Source: Cyanophora paradoxa CCMP329
Lineage: Eukaryota; Plantae; Glaucophyta
Assembly (NCBI GenBank): GCA_004431415.1
Contig: QPMI01000508.1
Location: 109,429-173,428 of the forward strand
Direction of reading: 5' to 3'
Length of the DNA stretch: 64,000 nt
Both the position numbers and the translations under genes were made by a program. Positions 23,972-35,736 of this stretch are shown here, piece by piece; position 1 is the stretch's first letter, and each line of letters begins with the position of its first letter. The notes beneath the pieces were generated by a model. That model was not told the DNA's origin, ran no database searches, and saw only the letters and a list, made by a program, of their open reading frames with translations.

Positions 23972-25790
23972 ATGCCCCCTTGTTGCGAACTAGCCCCGAA
24001 CCGTACCCCGGATCAAAAAACCAGGCCGTATCTCCCGCAGGCCCCCCTAGGGGCCTATCTCCCCTCAGTCACATAACCGACACTCCCGCCACCACCCCGT
24101 ACGCGCCCGTCATGATCCTCCCGACTGCCATCACCGGCTACTTCTCGGGCGCCCAGCCCAGCGGCGACGGCGCCAGCTCCTCGTCCGCACCCGCTAAGCC
24201 GGCTCCGCCCGCGCCCGCGTCGTCGCCTCGCACCAAGCGAGGCCGCCCCTCTGCTGCGGTACGTCCCACGCGTACGCATACGCCTGCGACCCCTAGTCCC
24301 TGCCGATCCCCTGATCGCCGCACAGGCGAAGCAAGCCAAGGAGAGTCTCCTTATCTCTCGCTGTACTCTGCGCTCCCGGCAGCCTGGCAGCCTGCCAGCA
24401 GGTCCTCAAGGCCCCTGCCCCGCCGCCTCTGCATCTCTAGATCTGGCGGTCTAGATCTGGACCGGACGCCTCGGTTGCTCTCCGATCCTCAGGGGCCCCG
24501 GGCCCCGGGCCCGAGCGGTACGTATTCTTTTTTGGCCTTAAGCTTCCCCGTTCACGATACTATAGCTATGATAACCAGATAAGATGAGGCCCGTATGGCT
24601 TAGCGGTTGAAATCACGGATCGGAAGTGCGAGGCCAGGGATCGAATCTCCTCAGAGGGATTTCGAAGTCCATTCACTGGCTCGTCGGGCAGCACCCTAAG
24701 CCCCCGATAAGACCGTCGACGGTCGACCCCGCTAAAGTGGCAACGTGGCCGCCTGCACTGCGATGGCGCAGCGTGAGGGTCGTGGGGCAGTACTTCGGTA
24801 CACGCCCAAGTCTACAGCCATTCCCCGGTCGCTTAGATAGGGGAGGGCAGACTGTACACATGACGGCGATGCCGTCCCCCTCCGAAAAAACCAGATAATT
24901 CCGCGGGTGCACGTGCTGGATTACGTGCCGCGCATTCCATGCCGCCCTGCGGCTTCCCACCCTGTGGGCCTGTCATCCAATTCGTATTATAGTTTATTCT
25001 GTCGTTTGCTGCGGCATGCATGCTTGCTTCAGCGCTGTCTTTCTCTCTCTACGTATACGTCGCGGGATCTTTGATTCGCGATCGGGACTCGATGATTAAT
25101 TATACTATGATATTATGACACTATCGATATCTTGATCATGATAATATATAAATGTGATACCATTCTGATAATGCGCGTGACGAGGCCTCCCCCCCCCCCC
25201 CCCCCCCCCCTGCCCCCTCCTGGCCCCCTTGAGGCCAGCTGGGCCCCCTCTGCACCGGTACCCGCCTCGGCCTTATAATTTCTCTCCGAGCACGAGTCGT
25301 CGGCCTCCCTTCGGATCCCCTTTCGAATTCCCCATCCCATCCTCCGGATCCCTTTGGAATTCGAATACTTATATATATATATATTAGGCCTGTTCGCCGC
25401 GCGCATACCCCTAGGCCTGCTTCGCCGCGGCGGCCGCGGGGCGAATTCTCCGCGACGCAACAACACATCATATATATCAGCAGATGCGCATACGGCGCTC
25501 CGAGGCTCGGCACGCATTAATATTGTCGCACGCTCTCGACCGGTCAGCTCCAGTTCAGCACCGGCGCGCGGCAGCGCGGCGAAAATCTTGGTCGACGTGA
25601 GGCCTCTCGCAGGTTGCGGTTGCGCGCCTCGAATTCGCGGAGCCGACCCGTTGACGTCGTTGACGTCGCGATCGACCGTAAAGTTTAAGCTTGACCGGTC
25701 AGCTCCGATCTGCGCCCGCGCGCGCGCGCGCGAATTCGAAGCCGGCTGGATTTCGAGCACATTCTAACGCTGCGCATGCGTTCAGATTAC

Positions 25791-25998
25791 TTAACTCACT
25801 CGGCTTATTTCTCGCGCGGGTAAGACTCTGAGATCTAGATCAGGATCGTATGCTGGAGATATCTGATTTGAATATACTGCCGGCCGTACACTCTAGGTGA
25901 CTACAATTGGATGCCTGTAAACGATCAGGGGGCTGCACACGAGGCTAAGGTCTGTGACTAGACCGACAGCTACGAGGGTGCTGGCCTCTGGGCGCCTC
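25791..25998 (-). repeat. Ngaro repeat B2 (208 bp)
   Basis: Matches 26186-26393. Confidence 0.95.
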
Positions 25999-26018
25999 AA
26001 GGGACGGTGTGGGCGGGA

Positions 26019-26185
26019 AACGCGAAATTGAGGCGGCTCGGGCGCCGCGCTTGCGTGCGAAAACGCGTATGGGTACGCTAGTACAAGTTGACTACCTGAA
26101 TCAAATTCGGAACTTGAAGTTTAGACTGCGAAACGGGGCTCGAACAGCCGGCTCGCTAACCTCAGTAAATCTACTTTACTACCCA
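26019..26185 (-). repeat. Ngaro repeat A2 (167 bp)
   Basis: Matches 30534-30700. Confidence 0.95.
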
Positions 26186-26393
26186 TTAACTCACTCGGCT
26201 TATTTCTCGCGCGGGTAAGACTCTGAGATCTAGATCAGGATCGTATGCTGGAGATATCTGATTTGAATATACTGCCGGCCGTACACTCTAGGTGACTACA
26301 ATTGGATGCCTGTAAACGATCAGGGGGCTGCACACGAGGCTAAGGTCTGTGACTAGACCGACAGCTACGAGGGTGCTGGCCTCTGGGCGCCTC
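26186..26393 (-). repeat. Ngaro repeat B1 (208 bp)
   Basis: Matches 25791-25998. Confidence 0.95.
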
Positions 26394-26531
26394 CGATGCG
26401 AACGAAATATAATGAAGAGAAGCGGCATCCAATAAATGATATAAAATATGTTTGGTGTGAAGCAGCGAGGAAAGAGAAGAAAGACGATATCGATAAATCT
26501 AGAAGAGCGGGCTCGAGACTGGCCGGCGCCC

Positions 26532-28189
26532 TCACGGGGCCTGTGGCTGGCCTGATTGAGGAGCGGAGGCGGCAGACGGTGAGGGAGCTCGAGGAGGAGA
26601 AGGCGGCGGTGGCAGCGAGCCCTGGGTCTCGGGCCACTGAGGGGGAGTCGGCGAGGAATCCGCTGATGGGAGCCGCTCCTTGAAAACGCTGATCTGTAGG
26701 CGAGAGAGCGGGTCGGCGAGCGTGTTCTCGAGGCCCGGGACGTGTACAGCGCGAAACTCGAAATGGTGGAGGGCGGAAAGGCGGTAGAGGGAGCGGAGGA
26801 GGGGAGCGAGGGCCGGCTGCGAAATGCGGCCGCCGGAAAGGGCATGGAAGACAGGTTTACAGTCGGTTTCAAAAATAATTCGCTGCTGCTGCCAGCTGGG
26901 GCCCAGGTCGCCGCTGCGATGACGAGGGCCATCAGCTCGCGCCAGGGCATGCTGCGAGTCGTGCCCTCTGGCCAAGATCCGAAGGTCCACGAGCTGCCGA
27001 AAACTGCGCCGAAGCCGAGATTGCTGGCGTCGGTCTGGATTCGCAGCACCTTGGCCGACTGCCAGTCAGACGTAGGGATGAGCCGGACTCCGTGCAGCCG
27101 CTGGAGGAGGTCGCGCCACCATGTGAGATCCGCATGAAAGCCGGCATGAAGCCGGGCGCGATGGTGATTGGCCCGTAGAGTGGCGAGCTGCGCCACGACC
27201 CGCCGAAGGAAAAAGCGCCCCGCGGGGACGACGGGCACGGCCGAGACGAGGGAGCCGGCGAGGGAGCGGAGCTGGCCGGCTGAGGCATGGCTGCGAGTGG
27301 CCCACTCCGCGAGCTTCGCCTCGAGGTCGGCGAGCCGCTCTGGGGACAGGCGGGCCACCATCGCGAGGCTGTCAAGCTCGATGCCGAGGAAGGTGAGGCG
27401 GGTGCCGGGTCCTTCTAGCTTATGCGGGGCCAGAGGAATACCAAGGTCCGCGCAGACCTCGAGCAGCACGTCGATGTACCGCCGGCACTCGCCGGTGCCG
27501 GCCTGCCCGATGAGGAAAATGTCGTCGACATATCGGGTGGGATCGAGCCCACGACGGCGGAGGGCAAAATCGAGGGCCTGGCCGAGGTCCTCGAAAATGC
27601 GGGGGGAGGAGCGGGCACCGAAGGGGAGGCAGAGGTCGATGAAAAATTCGAGGATGGTGGGATTGGAGCGGGAGGGGAGGGCGAAGCCGAGGAGCCACCA
27701 GTCCTTCCGCCGTACCGCCAGCAGGCGAAAAGCAGACTCGATATCCGCCTTAGCCATCTCGGCGCCGCGGCCGAGCTGAATCAGAAGCTCAATCGCTCTG
27801 CTGACCTTCGTATTCTGGTAGTGTAGCTCGTCAGGGTCGATGCCGCTGTTGACTGACGGGCCGCGGTGCTTGGGGTACGAAAGGTTGTGAATTCGGCGCC
27901 ATTTGGTCGAACGCTTCTTCGGAATGGCGCCGACTGGGGAGGCAACGAAGGGGGCGAGGGGAGGAGACGGGAACGGGCCGGCGACCCGTCCCATGGCGAT
28001 CTCCTTCTCGACGTCCTGTCGCACCACGTCGATGTGCTCAAGGGCAGAGGGCTCGGGGCGGGAAATTGCAGAGAAGGAAGGGCCGCGGTACTGCAGCGGG
28101 AAGCCGTGGGCGAACCCGTGTGCGAGGCGGGCGGCAAGGGAGGGATCGGGGTGGCCCTCCAGGGCTGCGGCGATGCGATCGGGCCGCAC
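26532..28189 (-). CDS. DIRS/Ngaro reverse transcriptase-RNase H (frameshift at about 26900; N-terminus probably extends upstream)
   Basis: SPVGAIPKK...WRRIHNLS, KADIESAFR, LPFGARSSP, YVDD, FLGIELDS; RNase H TDAS, ELMA, TDC, HVPGLENTLADPLSR. Confidence 0.9.
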
Positions 28190-28349
28190 GGGCGTGGGGG
28201 CGAGGCGGGGCGGGACGCCTGGGAGGAGCTCGTCGACATCAAAGTCAGGGACCTCAATGGAGAAAGGCGGCGGCGGCGGCGGCGCCCTGCCCCCGGCGAG
28301 GAGGCGCGGCCCGGCGTCCGGAAGGCCCGAGCCTTGAGCACCAGCGGCG

Positions 28350-29050
28350 CTCGCCGCGGGGCCTGGAGGGCCGGCCGGGCGAGGGCACGGGGAGGCGGCA
28401 GCGGCGCCTCCGGAGGGGCGGGGTAGACCCGCGAGCTCAGCGCGAGAGACAGCGCCGGCGGCGCCCGCCGCGGGGCCCGGGGGCCGGCGGGGCGAGGGCG
28501 CGGGGAGGCGGGAGCGGCGCCTCCGGAGGGGCGGGGTAGACCCGCGAGCTCAGCGCGAGAGACGGCGCTGGCGGCGCCCGCCGCGGGGCCCGGGGGCCGG
28601 CGGGGCGAGGGCGCGGGAGGCGGGAGCGGCGCCTCCGGAGGGGCGGGGTAGACCCGCGAGCTCAGCGCGAGAGACGGCGCTGGCGGCGCCCGCCGCGAGG
28701 CCCAGAGGGCCGGCGGGGCGAGGACGCGGGGAGGCGGCAGCGGCGCCTCCGGAGGGGCGGGGTAGACCCACGAGCTCGGCGCGAGAGACAGCGCCCGCGG
28801 CCGCAGCGCCGCCGTGGGGCCCGGGGGCCAGTGGGGCGAGGGCGCGGGGAGGCGGCAGCGGCGCCTCCGGAGGGGCGGGGTAGACCCGCGGACGCAGCGC
28901 GAGAGACGGCGCCCGCAGCGCCCGCCGTGGGGCCCGGGGGCCGGCGGGGCGAGGGCGCGGGGAGGCGGCAGCGGCGCCTCCGGAGGGGCGGGGTAGACCC
29001 GCGAACTCAGCGCGAGGGACGGCGCCTGCCGCGGGGCCCGGAGGGCCGGC
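28350..29050 (-). repeat. Six tandem GC-rich repeats of about 115 bp between gag and RT
   Basis: Core gcggcgcctccggaggggcggggtagaccc recurs at about 28401, 28514, 28626, 28740, 28857 and 28971. Confidence 0.9.
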
Positions 29051-29186
29051 GGGGCGGGCTGCAGGGAAGGAGTTCTTGGCAGGGAGATGGGAGGGGAGAG
29101 GGGCTGAGAAGGCGCGCAGCCTGCGGGGCGGGCGCCGGGAGTGGCCGCTGGGGGGAGGCGGCGGCCGCGCCTGAGCGCGAGGGGGC

Positions 29187-30431
29187 TCAGAGGGGGCCGC
29201 GCGAGCGGCCTCCGTCCCGCGAACGGCTGGTCGCGGCCCGGCACGCGTGCTCCTCGCCGTCGCGGCAGCCTGCTTGCCCGCACGCGACGCAGACGTGGCG
29301 GCGGCGGCAGCCTTCGCAGCGCCGCCCGTTGTTGTAGAGCCAGCAGACGTCCTCCCCCGGCTGGCCGGCGCCGTAGCGGGGGTCCTGGCGAACTGCGGCG
29401 CCCGCCGAGGGCCGCGGGGCCTCGTGGCGGGACGCGCTCGGGCGCCCAAGCGGGAGGGCCGCGGCGTGCGCTGAGGGCCGAAAGAAATCGGCGGAGAGGG
29501 GGCCGGGCTCATCGGAAGGCGGGGCGCTGTTGGTGACGGTCGTATTCAGAATCATTGAGTCTCCGTCGCCAAGATCGTGCGCTCGGGAGCGGTCAGCGCG
29601 CTCGGCGATCTGGCGCCGCATCCGGACCGAGTACTCGTAGGCTGATGCCCACGGGGCCCGGCGGGCGAGCGAGTAGATCTCCCACATGTGCAGGAAGATC
29701 TCGATCAGCCGGCGGTGCGACTCCTCGAAGTCCGGCTTGCCGGAGGGCAGGACCGGCATGTTCTCGCGCCGGCCCGCCGCCACCCCGAGGGCGGCAAAGC
29801 AGGCTCCGAAGTCGACGGCGTTGAGGTTGCGGGAGGAGGAGGGGGATCCGGAGGCGGAGCGCAGGCCGGCCGCGGAAAGGAGAGCGGAGATGGTGGGGTC
29901 GACGGAGGCGGGCTTATCGATCGGGTGGGAGGAGAAAGCGGGGCGGAAAACGTGGGGAAGGAGGTCAATGTACTCGCCGCTCAGGAGACGAGCGGAGAGC
30001 TCCGTGCCCGGGGCGCCGAGGGATCTGGGGAAGGTGGAGCCGCGCTCGCGATCAATTTTTGCGGCGGGTGTGCTATCGGTCGCGGGGGCCGCGGGCGAAG
30101 CGCTGAGGCGGGCTTCCAGGTGTGCAATTGCACGAGTGAGCTGATCCAAGCGCTGGGACGTCTCCGAATCGGCCGGGGCTGGCCGCCGCCGCTGGCGCGA
30201 AATTTTTGAATTTGCGGCGCCGGCTGCCTGGGACGGGCTCTCGATGCCTGCGAAGCGGACGCGTGCTGAATGCGGACGCTCGCCGAGCTCGGAGGCGCTG
30301 GTTTCTGCTCCGGAGACTGCCGAAGGTGCTGCGGCTGACTCTGAGTCGCTGGCGACCGGAGCGCGCGAGCCCCGCCTTGCCTGCGCGAAAGTTGCCGAGG
30401 AAGTGGTTTTACGGCTGCTGCTGGCCGTCAT
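29187..30431 (-). CDS. Ngaro ORF1 gag-like protein
   Basis: Position after repeat A1; coiled coil; C-terminal Cys/His knuckle CWLYNNGRRCEGCRRRHVCVACG...EEHAC. Confidence 0.7.
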   Translation of the reverse strand: MTASSSRKTTSSATFAQARRGSRAPVASDSESAAAPSAVSGAETSASELGERPHSARVRFAGIESPSQAAGAANSKISRQRRRPAPADSETSQRLDQLTRAIAHLEARLSASPAAPATDSTPAAKIDRERGSTFPRSLGAPGTELSARLLSGEYIDLLPHVFRPAFSSHPIDKPASVDPTISALLSAAGLRSASGSPSSSRNLNAVDFGACFAALGVAAGRRENMPVLPSGKPDFEESHRRLIEIFLHMWEIYSLARRAPWASAYEYSVRMRRQIAERADRSRAHDLGDGDSMILNTTVTNSAPPSDEPGPLSADFFRPSAHAAALPLGRPSASRHEAPRPSAGAAVRQDPRYGAGQPGEDVCWLYNNGRRCEGCRRRHVCVACGQAGCRDGEEHACRAATSRSRDGGRSRGPL

Positions 30432-30533
30432 GGTAGCGCTAGCTGAAGCGCGAGTTGTGCGGCGAGGTGCCGGAGCGGGACCGGCGGGACGCTCGCGCCT
30501 GACATGCTGTGCGTGTCCCTGTGCATGGGGCTG

Positions 30534-30700
30534 AACGCGAAATTGAGGCGGCTCGGGCGCCGCGCTTGCGTGCGAAAACGCGTATGGGTACGCTAGTACA
30601 AGTTGACTACCTGAATCAAATTCGGAACTTGAAGTTTAGACTGCGAAACGGGGCTCGAACAGCCGGCTCGCTAACCTCAGTAAATCTACTTTACTACCCA
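30534..30700 (-). repeat. Ngaro repeat A1 (167 bp)
   Basis: Matches 26019-26185. Confidence 0.95.
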
Positions 30701-30741
30701 CGGATTTTTCGATATCTGGACCGGAGATCTATATTCATTAG

Positions 30742-31326
30742 ATGCTTGTCGCCGCGCATTTGCATGCTGGGGAAGATGTCGATGCCGACGGCGAGGAGAT
30801 AGAAGCCAGCGCCAGCGCCGCCGCTGCTATGGCCATCGATATCGTTGCCCGTCTGGTCACGGGCGTGCTCGCGCTGGCGGAGGGGCCCGCGGCCGCGGAT
30901 GGCCATGGCCGCTTTGACCGCAGCATCGAGCTCTGCCGCCCCTTCTTCGACGGCCGCGCCGGCCGCTGCTGGCCGTGGCGGCGCGCGCATACCGCAGCTG
31001 CGCATACGGACCTCATCGCGCTCCAGGGGCGCATGCACGAGGGGGCGCGCCTGCTCGAGGAGGAGGCCGCGCGGTTCAGGCAGCTGACGAGCGCGCAAGA
31101 CGAGCTCCGCGCAGCGGGGCAGCAGCACGTCTTCTCCCTGTGGAGGGCGGAAGAGCTCGTGGACTTCGCGGACGCCTTCGAAGCCGTCGTCTCGGGCGTC
31201 CTGGCCCCCGAGGCCGCCGCCGGCGTCGACCCCCGCCTCAAGGACGCCGCCTTCGCCGCCGTCGCCGCCAGGTGCGCATATGCATGCGCGTGCGGGCGGA
31301 ATTTATCTACTCGCATATATAATTGA
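30742..31326 (+). pseudogene. Paralog fragment of the F-box gene at 14649 (F-box part absent)
   Basis: ELVDFADAFEAVVSGVLAPEAAAGVDPRLKDAAFAAVAARC is nearly identical to the end of ORF 14649..15518. Confidence 0.6.
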
Positions 31327-34110
31327 TATATACGTATATATACGCGTCCCCGTGCACGGGGCCAATATTAATATAGATCTAGACGTCTAGGCGTCTCTAG
31401 ACGGGGACGTCAAGAACAACTGCCAATTGATCATGACCATGCATATGATCCGAACCCAACGATTAAACTGCAACCGCCGCGGATCTGCAACTTGATCTAA
31501 TAATGAAAGATACCACCGCTTATAATTATATATAATGAAAGATATTTCGGTTTAACTCGAAATTTGCAAATTAAATATTGCGTGCGCAGGATGAAGCAGG
31601 TTCTCGTCTGTATAAGGGTCTACAAGGACGTGCTTGCTGCATACACGGCCGCTGGCAAACCGATATCGCTTGAAGATCGCATGGCGTCGTCTTCCTACGG
31701 GCTTCTCGAGTTTCTTTGCGTGCGACAGTTTTATTAAATTTGCAATATAATCTACATCTTAACAGCGTGAATTTCCTGGCTTATGATCAGTGATCATATG
31801 TGCATGATCATCGCAGAAGGATATTGTCACCCAGCCTACCCGCGATCGCGTTTTGGCGAAGGGGGCGCTGTGCGGGGCCGCGGCGCTGACCATGGCTTCT
31901 GCTCGGCGCTGCCGGAGCAGGTACCGGTCTAATCGCAAGGAGCGCATCGTATTGTAAGCCTTCTGTTTTTTTCGATGCTTCTGTGTAAATTCGATGCAGA
32001 TAATTTTGGGCGCAGGGCTCTTGCCGGGGCCGCGGCAGGGCTTGTCGTCGTCCACTGCCTGACGGACAAGCCCGTGCCCAACTTCGGCCGCTCGGACCTC
32101 GCTCTCGTGGCGACGATGCTACATGCGGAGGTACGTGCCGGTCCTAATCCAATATTGATTCTGCGAGTATATTTCTCCCCCATATTAATTCAGCTGCATC
32201 GCAGGTCCGGGGCCAGCCGGCGAACTCGGAGCGGCGGTGGGCGGCGGCCCTCCTCATCGCTGCGATGGACGTGGGCGAGGGGCGCCTCGTCGGAGCCCTC
32301 CTGAGGCTCTGAATTCGATGCGGAAAAGTCGCCATCAACTTATCTCAACTGCTAGCTGATTTTTCAACTGTTTTTGGCAAGTTCATGGCCTACCTATAGG
32401 TAGACGGCCGCGGTCTTCTCCTCTCTCATTTTCGCAGCTGTATAAAGCTATCTATCCTTCACATCCGATGATCTGCAGCAACGTTTGATACAGGAAATAT
32501 GAATTCTAGGTCTGCGAATGCGTGTAAAATTGTACATATATATATACCCCTCGCTCGTGCATATCGATATCTGTTAGACGCTTTTACCAGTTGGAGGTGC
32601 AGCGGCTGTGGCCGGTACGGAGTAGGGCTAATCGCGTACCTCCGCTCGTCGCCTTCGTGCCCCCCTAGCTCACGTGCGCTAGCGCTCCGCGCCAATTAAT
32701 GTTTGCATGGCGCCGGCCAGGCCTGGCAGAGATACTGTTCCTTTGATTTCTTCTTTTGCCGACTTGCATGCGCACTTCTGGGCAGAGGGCTTGGAGAGAA
32801 GACTGGCCTTGTTCCGCTCCGGGGTCCGCGATATTCCTGCGCACGTGCACGTGCACGTGTGGCCTAGTGTCGAGGGCTGTCCCTGGAGACGTCTCCAGGC
32901 GACGGATCTCTCTCCCGATGAGAAACTTCGTAAGCATCTGGGCTTCCCACTCGAGCCTGATCTGCAGCTGACTCGATTCTGGCGGACGAACTTCGGAAGA
33001 ATGCTGCTCTAGATCTTGATGAACAATGCGAAAGAATAAAGCGCATGCTGCTCCGAGGCTCAGCGGCTCTAGATCTCGCCCTTATCTCGCTCCGTCTAGA
33101 TCTCCCACTTGACGGACTTGATTTGCCTCCTATTTGGATCCGGGAGCAAGCTCTAAATTTCTCGGAGTGTTCTCAGCGCCACGGCGTGTGTACATATGCA
33201 TGTCATCCTCGTACCTCTCTCGAAGTGTCATCCCAAATGCAACAACTTTTCTTTAATCCTCAGTTCGATGCTCTGGAGTCGCTGCGGGTCTAGCTATAGA
33301 TCTGCGATCATCGGATATCTGGGATTGTGCCGCCGGGCTCCCGGGGGTTCCAGACTTTGGCGGTTGCCTTCTCCGCCCTCCACTCAATTTTTTCCTCGTC
33401 GGTGCTCCACGCTCCCGGCAGCCTGGCGCCAGTTCCTCGAGGCCCGTGACCCGCCGCCTCGAGCTCAGCATCTCTGGTGGTCTGGACCGGATGCCTCGAA
33501 TGCTCTCCTCCGGGATCCGGGGCCCGAGCGGCACTTTTGTCGCCTTCCCCGTGCGCGATAACCAGATAATTAAAATTCCGCGGGTGCTGGATTGCGTGCC
33601 GCGCATTCAAATTCCTTGCCGCCCTGCGGCTTCGAATTCCCACCCTGTGGGCTTGTCCTCCCATTCAATTTTAATTATGTACATGTCTCGTTTGCTCCCG
33701 CTGCATGCATGTATGCTTGCTTCATGATCAGCGCTGTCGATTTCGCGGGGACTCTGCCAGGTCTTTCTTTTCTTGCAATTGGTGCAGGCCCCTCTGCCTT
33801 TAAATTTGTTATTCTTGATAAACATGCGTTCACGTTTGCTCACATACTCCCTCTCCGCCTCTCATATGTACTTCGCTTCTACAGACGATGCCTGCCCCTC
33901 CCCCCCCCCCCACACCCCCCTCCCCCTTCCCCCCCCCCCCCCCCCACCCACCACCCACCCCCCACCCCCCGGCCCCCTGGAGGCCAGCTGGGCCCCCTCT
34001 GCACCGGTACCCGCCTCGGCCTTCTCTCTCCGAATCCGCGCACGAGTCTTCGGCCTCCCTCCGGATTTCCTTTCCCCATCCCATCCTCTGGATCCCTTTG
34101 AAATACCCTT
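30840..34110 (+). repeat. Copy 2 of the degenerate tandem segmental duplication
   Basis: Colinear similarity to 14980-17857 plus 24351-25360. Confidence 0.75.
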
Positions 34111-34398
34111 CCCTCACCCCCGCCCCGCACGTGAGAGCAGGCGAGAGTGAAATGAGTTATCGGGTGGCTGCATAGCTTCTGGTCCATCCTACGAGCTCGA
34201 GCCTGCTGGCTCGCTCAGCGTAGCCTCGCTAGCTATAGCGGCCCAGGGCTGCAGCGCCAGCGCGACGGGGCCGCCCGCCGCGTCCGCCCCGCCCTCGAGC
34301 TCTGCCTGCTCCGCCACACGGGCACCCTTCTGGAGGAGCAGCGCACGCAGCTCCGGCGCGCAGCGCGTGCGAGCGTCGATCTGATGCGGAGATCGAGA

Positions 34399-35736
34399 TC
34401 AGTGCTTAAGCTGAGCAGGAGCTGAAGAGGGGCGCACGGTGCAGAGGTCGAAGAGCTCGTGCTTGACCTCCGCGATGCGCCGCGCGGGGTAGAGGACCTG
34501 CGCCTGCCGTGAGGCCGAGGGCCGGTGGGCGCAGCAAAGCGGAGATCCAGATCTAGAGCGCACCGGCAGCGGCCCCACGGGGTTGCTGCGCATCGCGGCG
34601 ACCTCCACGTCCCACACCCAGATGAAGCCTTGACCCGCCGCTGCGGCGCGGATCCGATCCCCCTGCGCACGCCAATCAATCGCCGCACGTGCTCCGAGCG
34701 GCTGAGGGCGCGCGCGCGCCTCTGGAGCGAGGCGGGCGCATGCGAGCGCCGGGTAGCCGGAGGCGTGCGCGACGAGGAGCGCCCCCTCGCAGCCGTGGTC
34801 GACGTCCATGATGGACGCGCCCATCGCGGAGCCGTCGGCCCCGTCGCTCGAGAGGAGCGCGAAGCGGGGGCACTTCCGGCCGGCCTGACGCCGTTTCGGT
34901 TTGGAAAGCTACAGCTGAAAGGTTAGAGAACCTGCTCGAACCTCATCCAGAACCATGTCGACGCTGAACTCCTCAAAGCTACACTCGAGATGCTCGACCT
35001 CCTGCACTGGGCTCAAGGCCGTCGACGCACGGTAGACTGAAATTTGCTCTCGGAAGCCTTCGCCCAAGGTTACGCACAAGAAGCGCTCAAAGTCGCCGTT
35101 CTGCGGTGGGATAACGGTGAGCTGCGACAGCCGCAGTAATTCTATAAGTCGATTGATTGAGGCTGCCAACCTGCGCGCGGTATGCAGCAATCACTCGGTT
35201 GATGCCCTCGAGTACTGTTTCCGATGCCGCGCCTGCAGCTCTAGATCTCTCGTCTGAGATGAAAACCCGATACGTGCCAATCGAAGATTGCTGTGGGTCT
35301 TTCACATATAGTGCCATAACAGAATCGTCCTGCAGCAGGAATCAGACTCGCGCGATTGAAAGAGCAATAAGAGCACGCGGGTACCACGAACTCCGCTCGG
35401 TCGACCTCGGCCCCGGCTCTGCTCTTCCGGAAGTCCGCCAGGCGGATGCCGACTCGGAGATCCCACAGCTGCCACTCCCCCTTCATGCCGAGAACGGCGC
35501 GCTCCCCGTTCTGCGATGAGAGCACAGCGTCATGCCGCGCTCGCACTGCACGGAGTCTGGATGCGCACCGGGGAGATGCTGGCCCTGAGGCTCCCGATCG
35601 GAGCCGGCATCGAGATCTCAGCGCGCCACTCGGTCTTTGCCGAGTCGAAGTCGAGCATCTCGAGGGTTCGGCAACTGCGTTCCGGGCAAGCGCATCTCGC
35701 CAGGGCCCTCCGCCCCTGCGAAACCGCTTGCACGTG
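34399..35736 (-). pseudogene. Possible degenerate WD40-like host gene abutting or interrupted by the viral insertion
   Basis: Fragments GEWQLWDLRVG and GFIWVWDVEV in broken minus-strand frames; a reading frame runs up to the junction. Confidence 0.3.

Larger units (their letters stand above)
17858..24350 (+). mobile_element. Non-LTR retrotransposon (L1/Tx1-like), about 6.5 kb, single sense ORF plus an antisense gene
   Basis: APE-RT ORF inside. Boundaries inferred from the empty site in the paralogous copy (gtcatcctcg|tacctctctcg at about 33211). No poly(A) seen. Confidence 0.75.
14980..25360 (+). repeat. Copy 1 of a degenerate tandem segmental duplication (interrupted by the LINE at 17858-24350)
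   Basis: Blocks 15360-15480, 16460-16530, 16880-17857, 24370-24390, 24890-25030 and 25230-25360 match 31150-31275, 32070-32130, 32220-33211, 33410-33430, 33560-33720 and 33980-34100. Confidence 0.75.
25791..30700 (-). mobile_element. Ngaro/PAT-type (DIRS order) retrotransposon with split direct repeats, lacking a tyrosine recombinase ORF
   Basis: A1 (30534-30700), gag, RT/RH, then B1 (26186-26393), A2 (26019-26185), B2 (25791-25998): the canonical split-direct-repeat layout on the minus strand. Confidence 0.9.

Noticed and set aside
33895-33980. Poly-C tracts (also near 7035-7065 and 25188-25218)
   Set aside because: Low-complexity runs of unreliable length; no supportable function
35731-35736. 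CACGTG as target-site duplication
   Set aside because: The right flank is outside the window so it cannot be verified; the true end could also extend to TG at 35735
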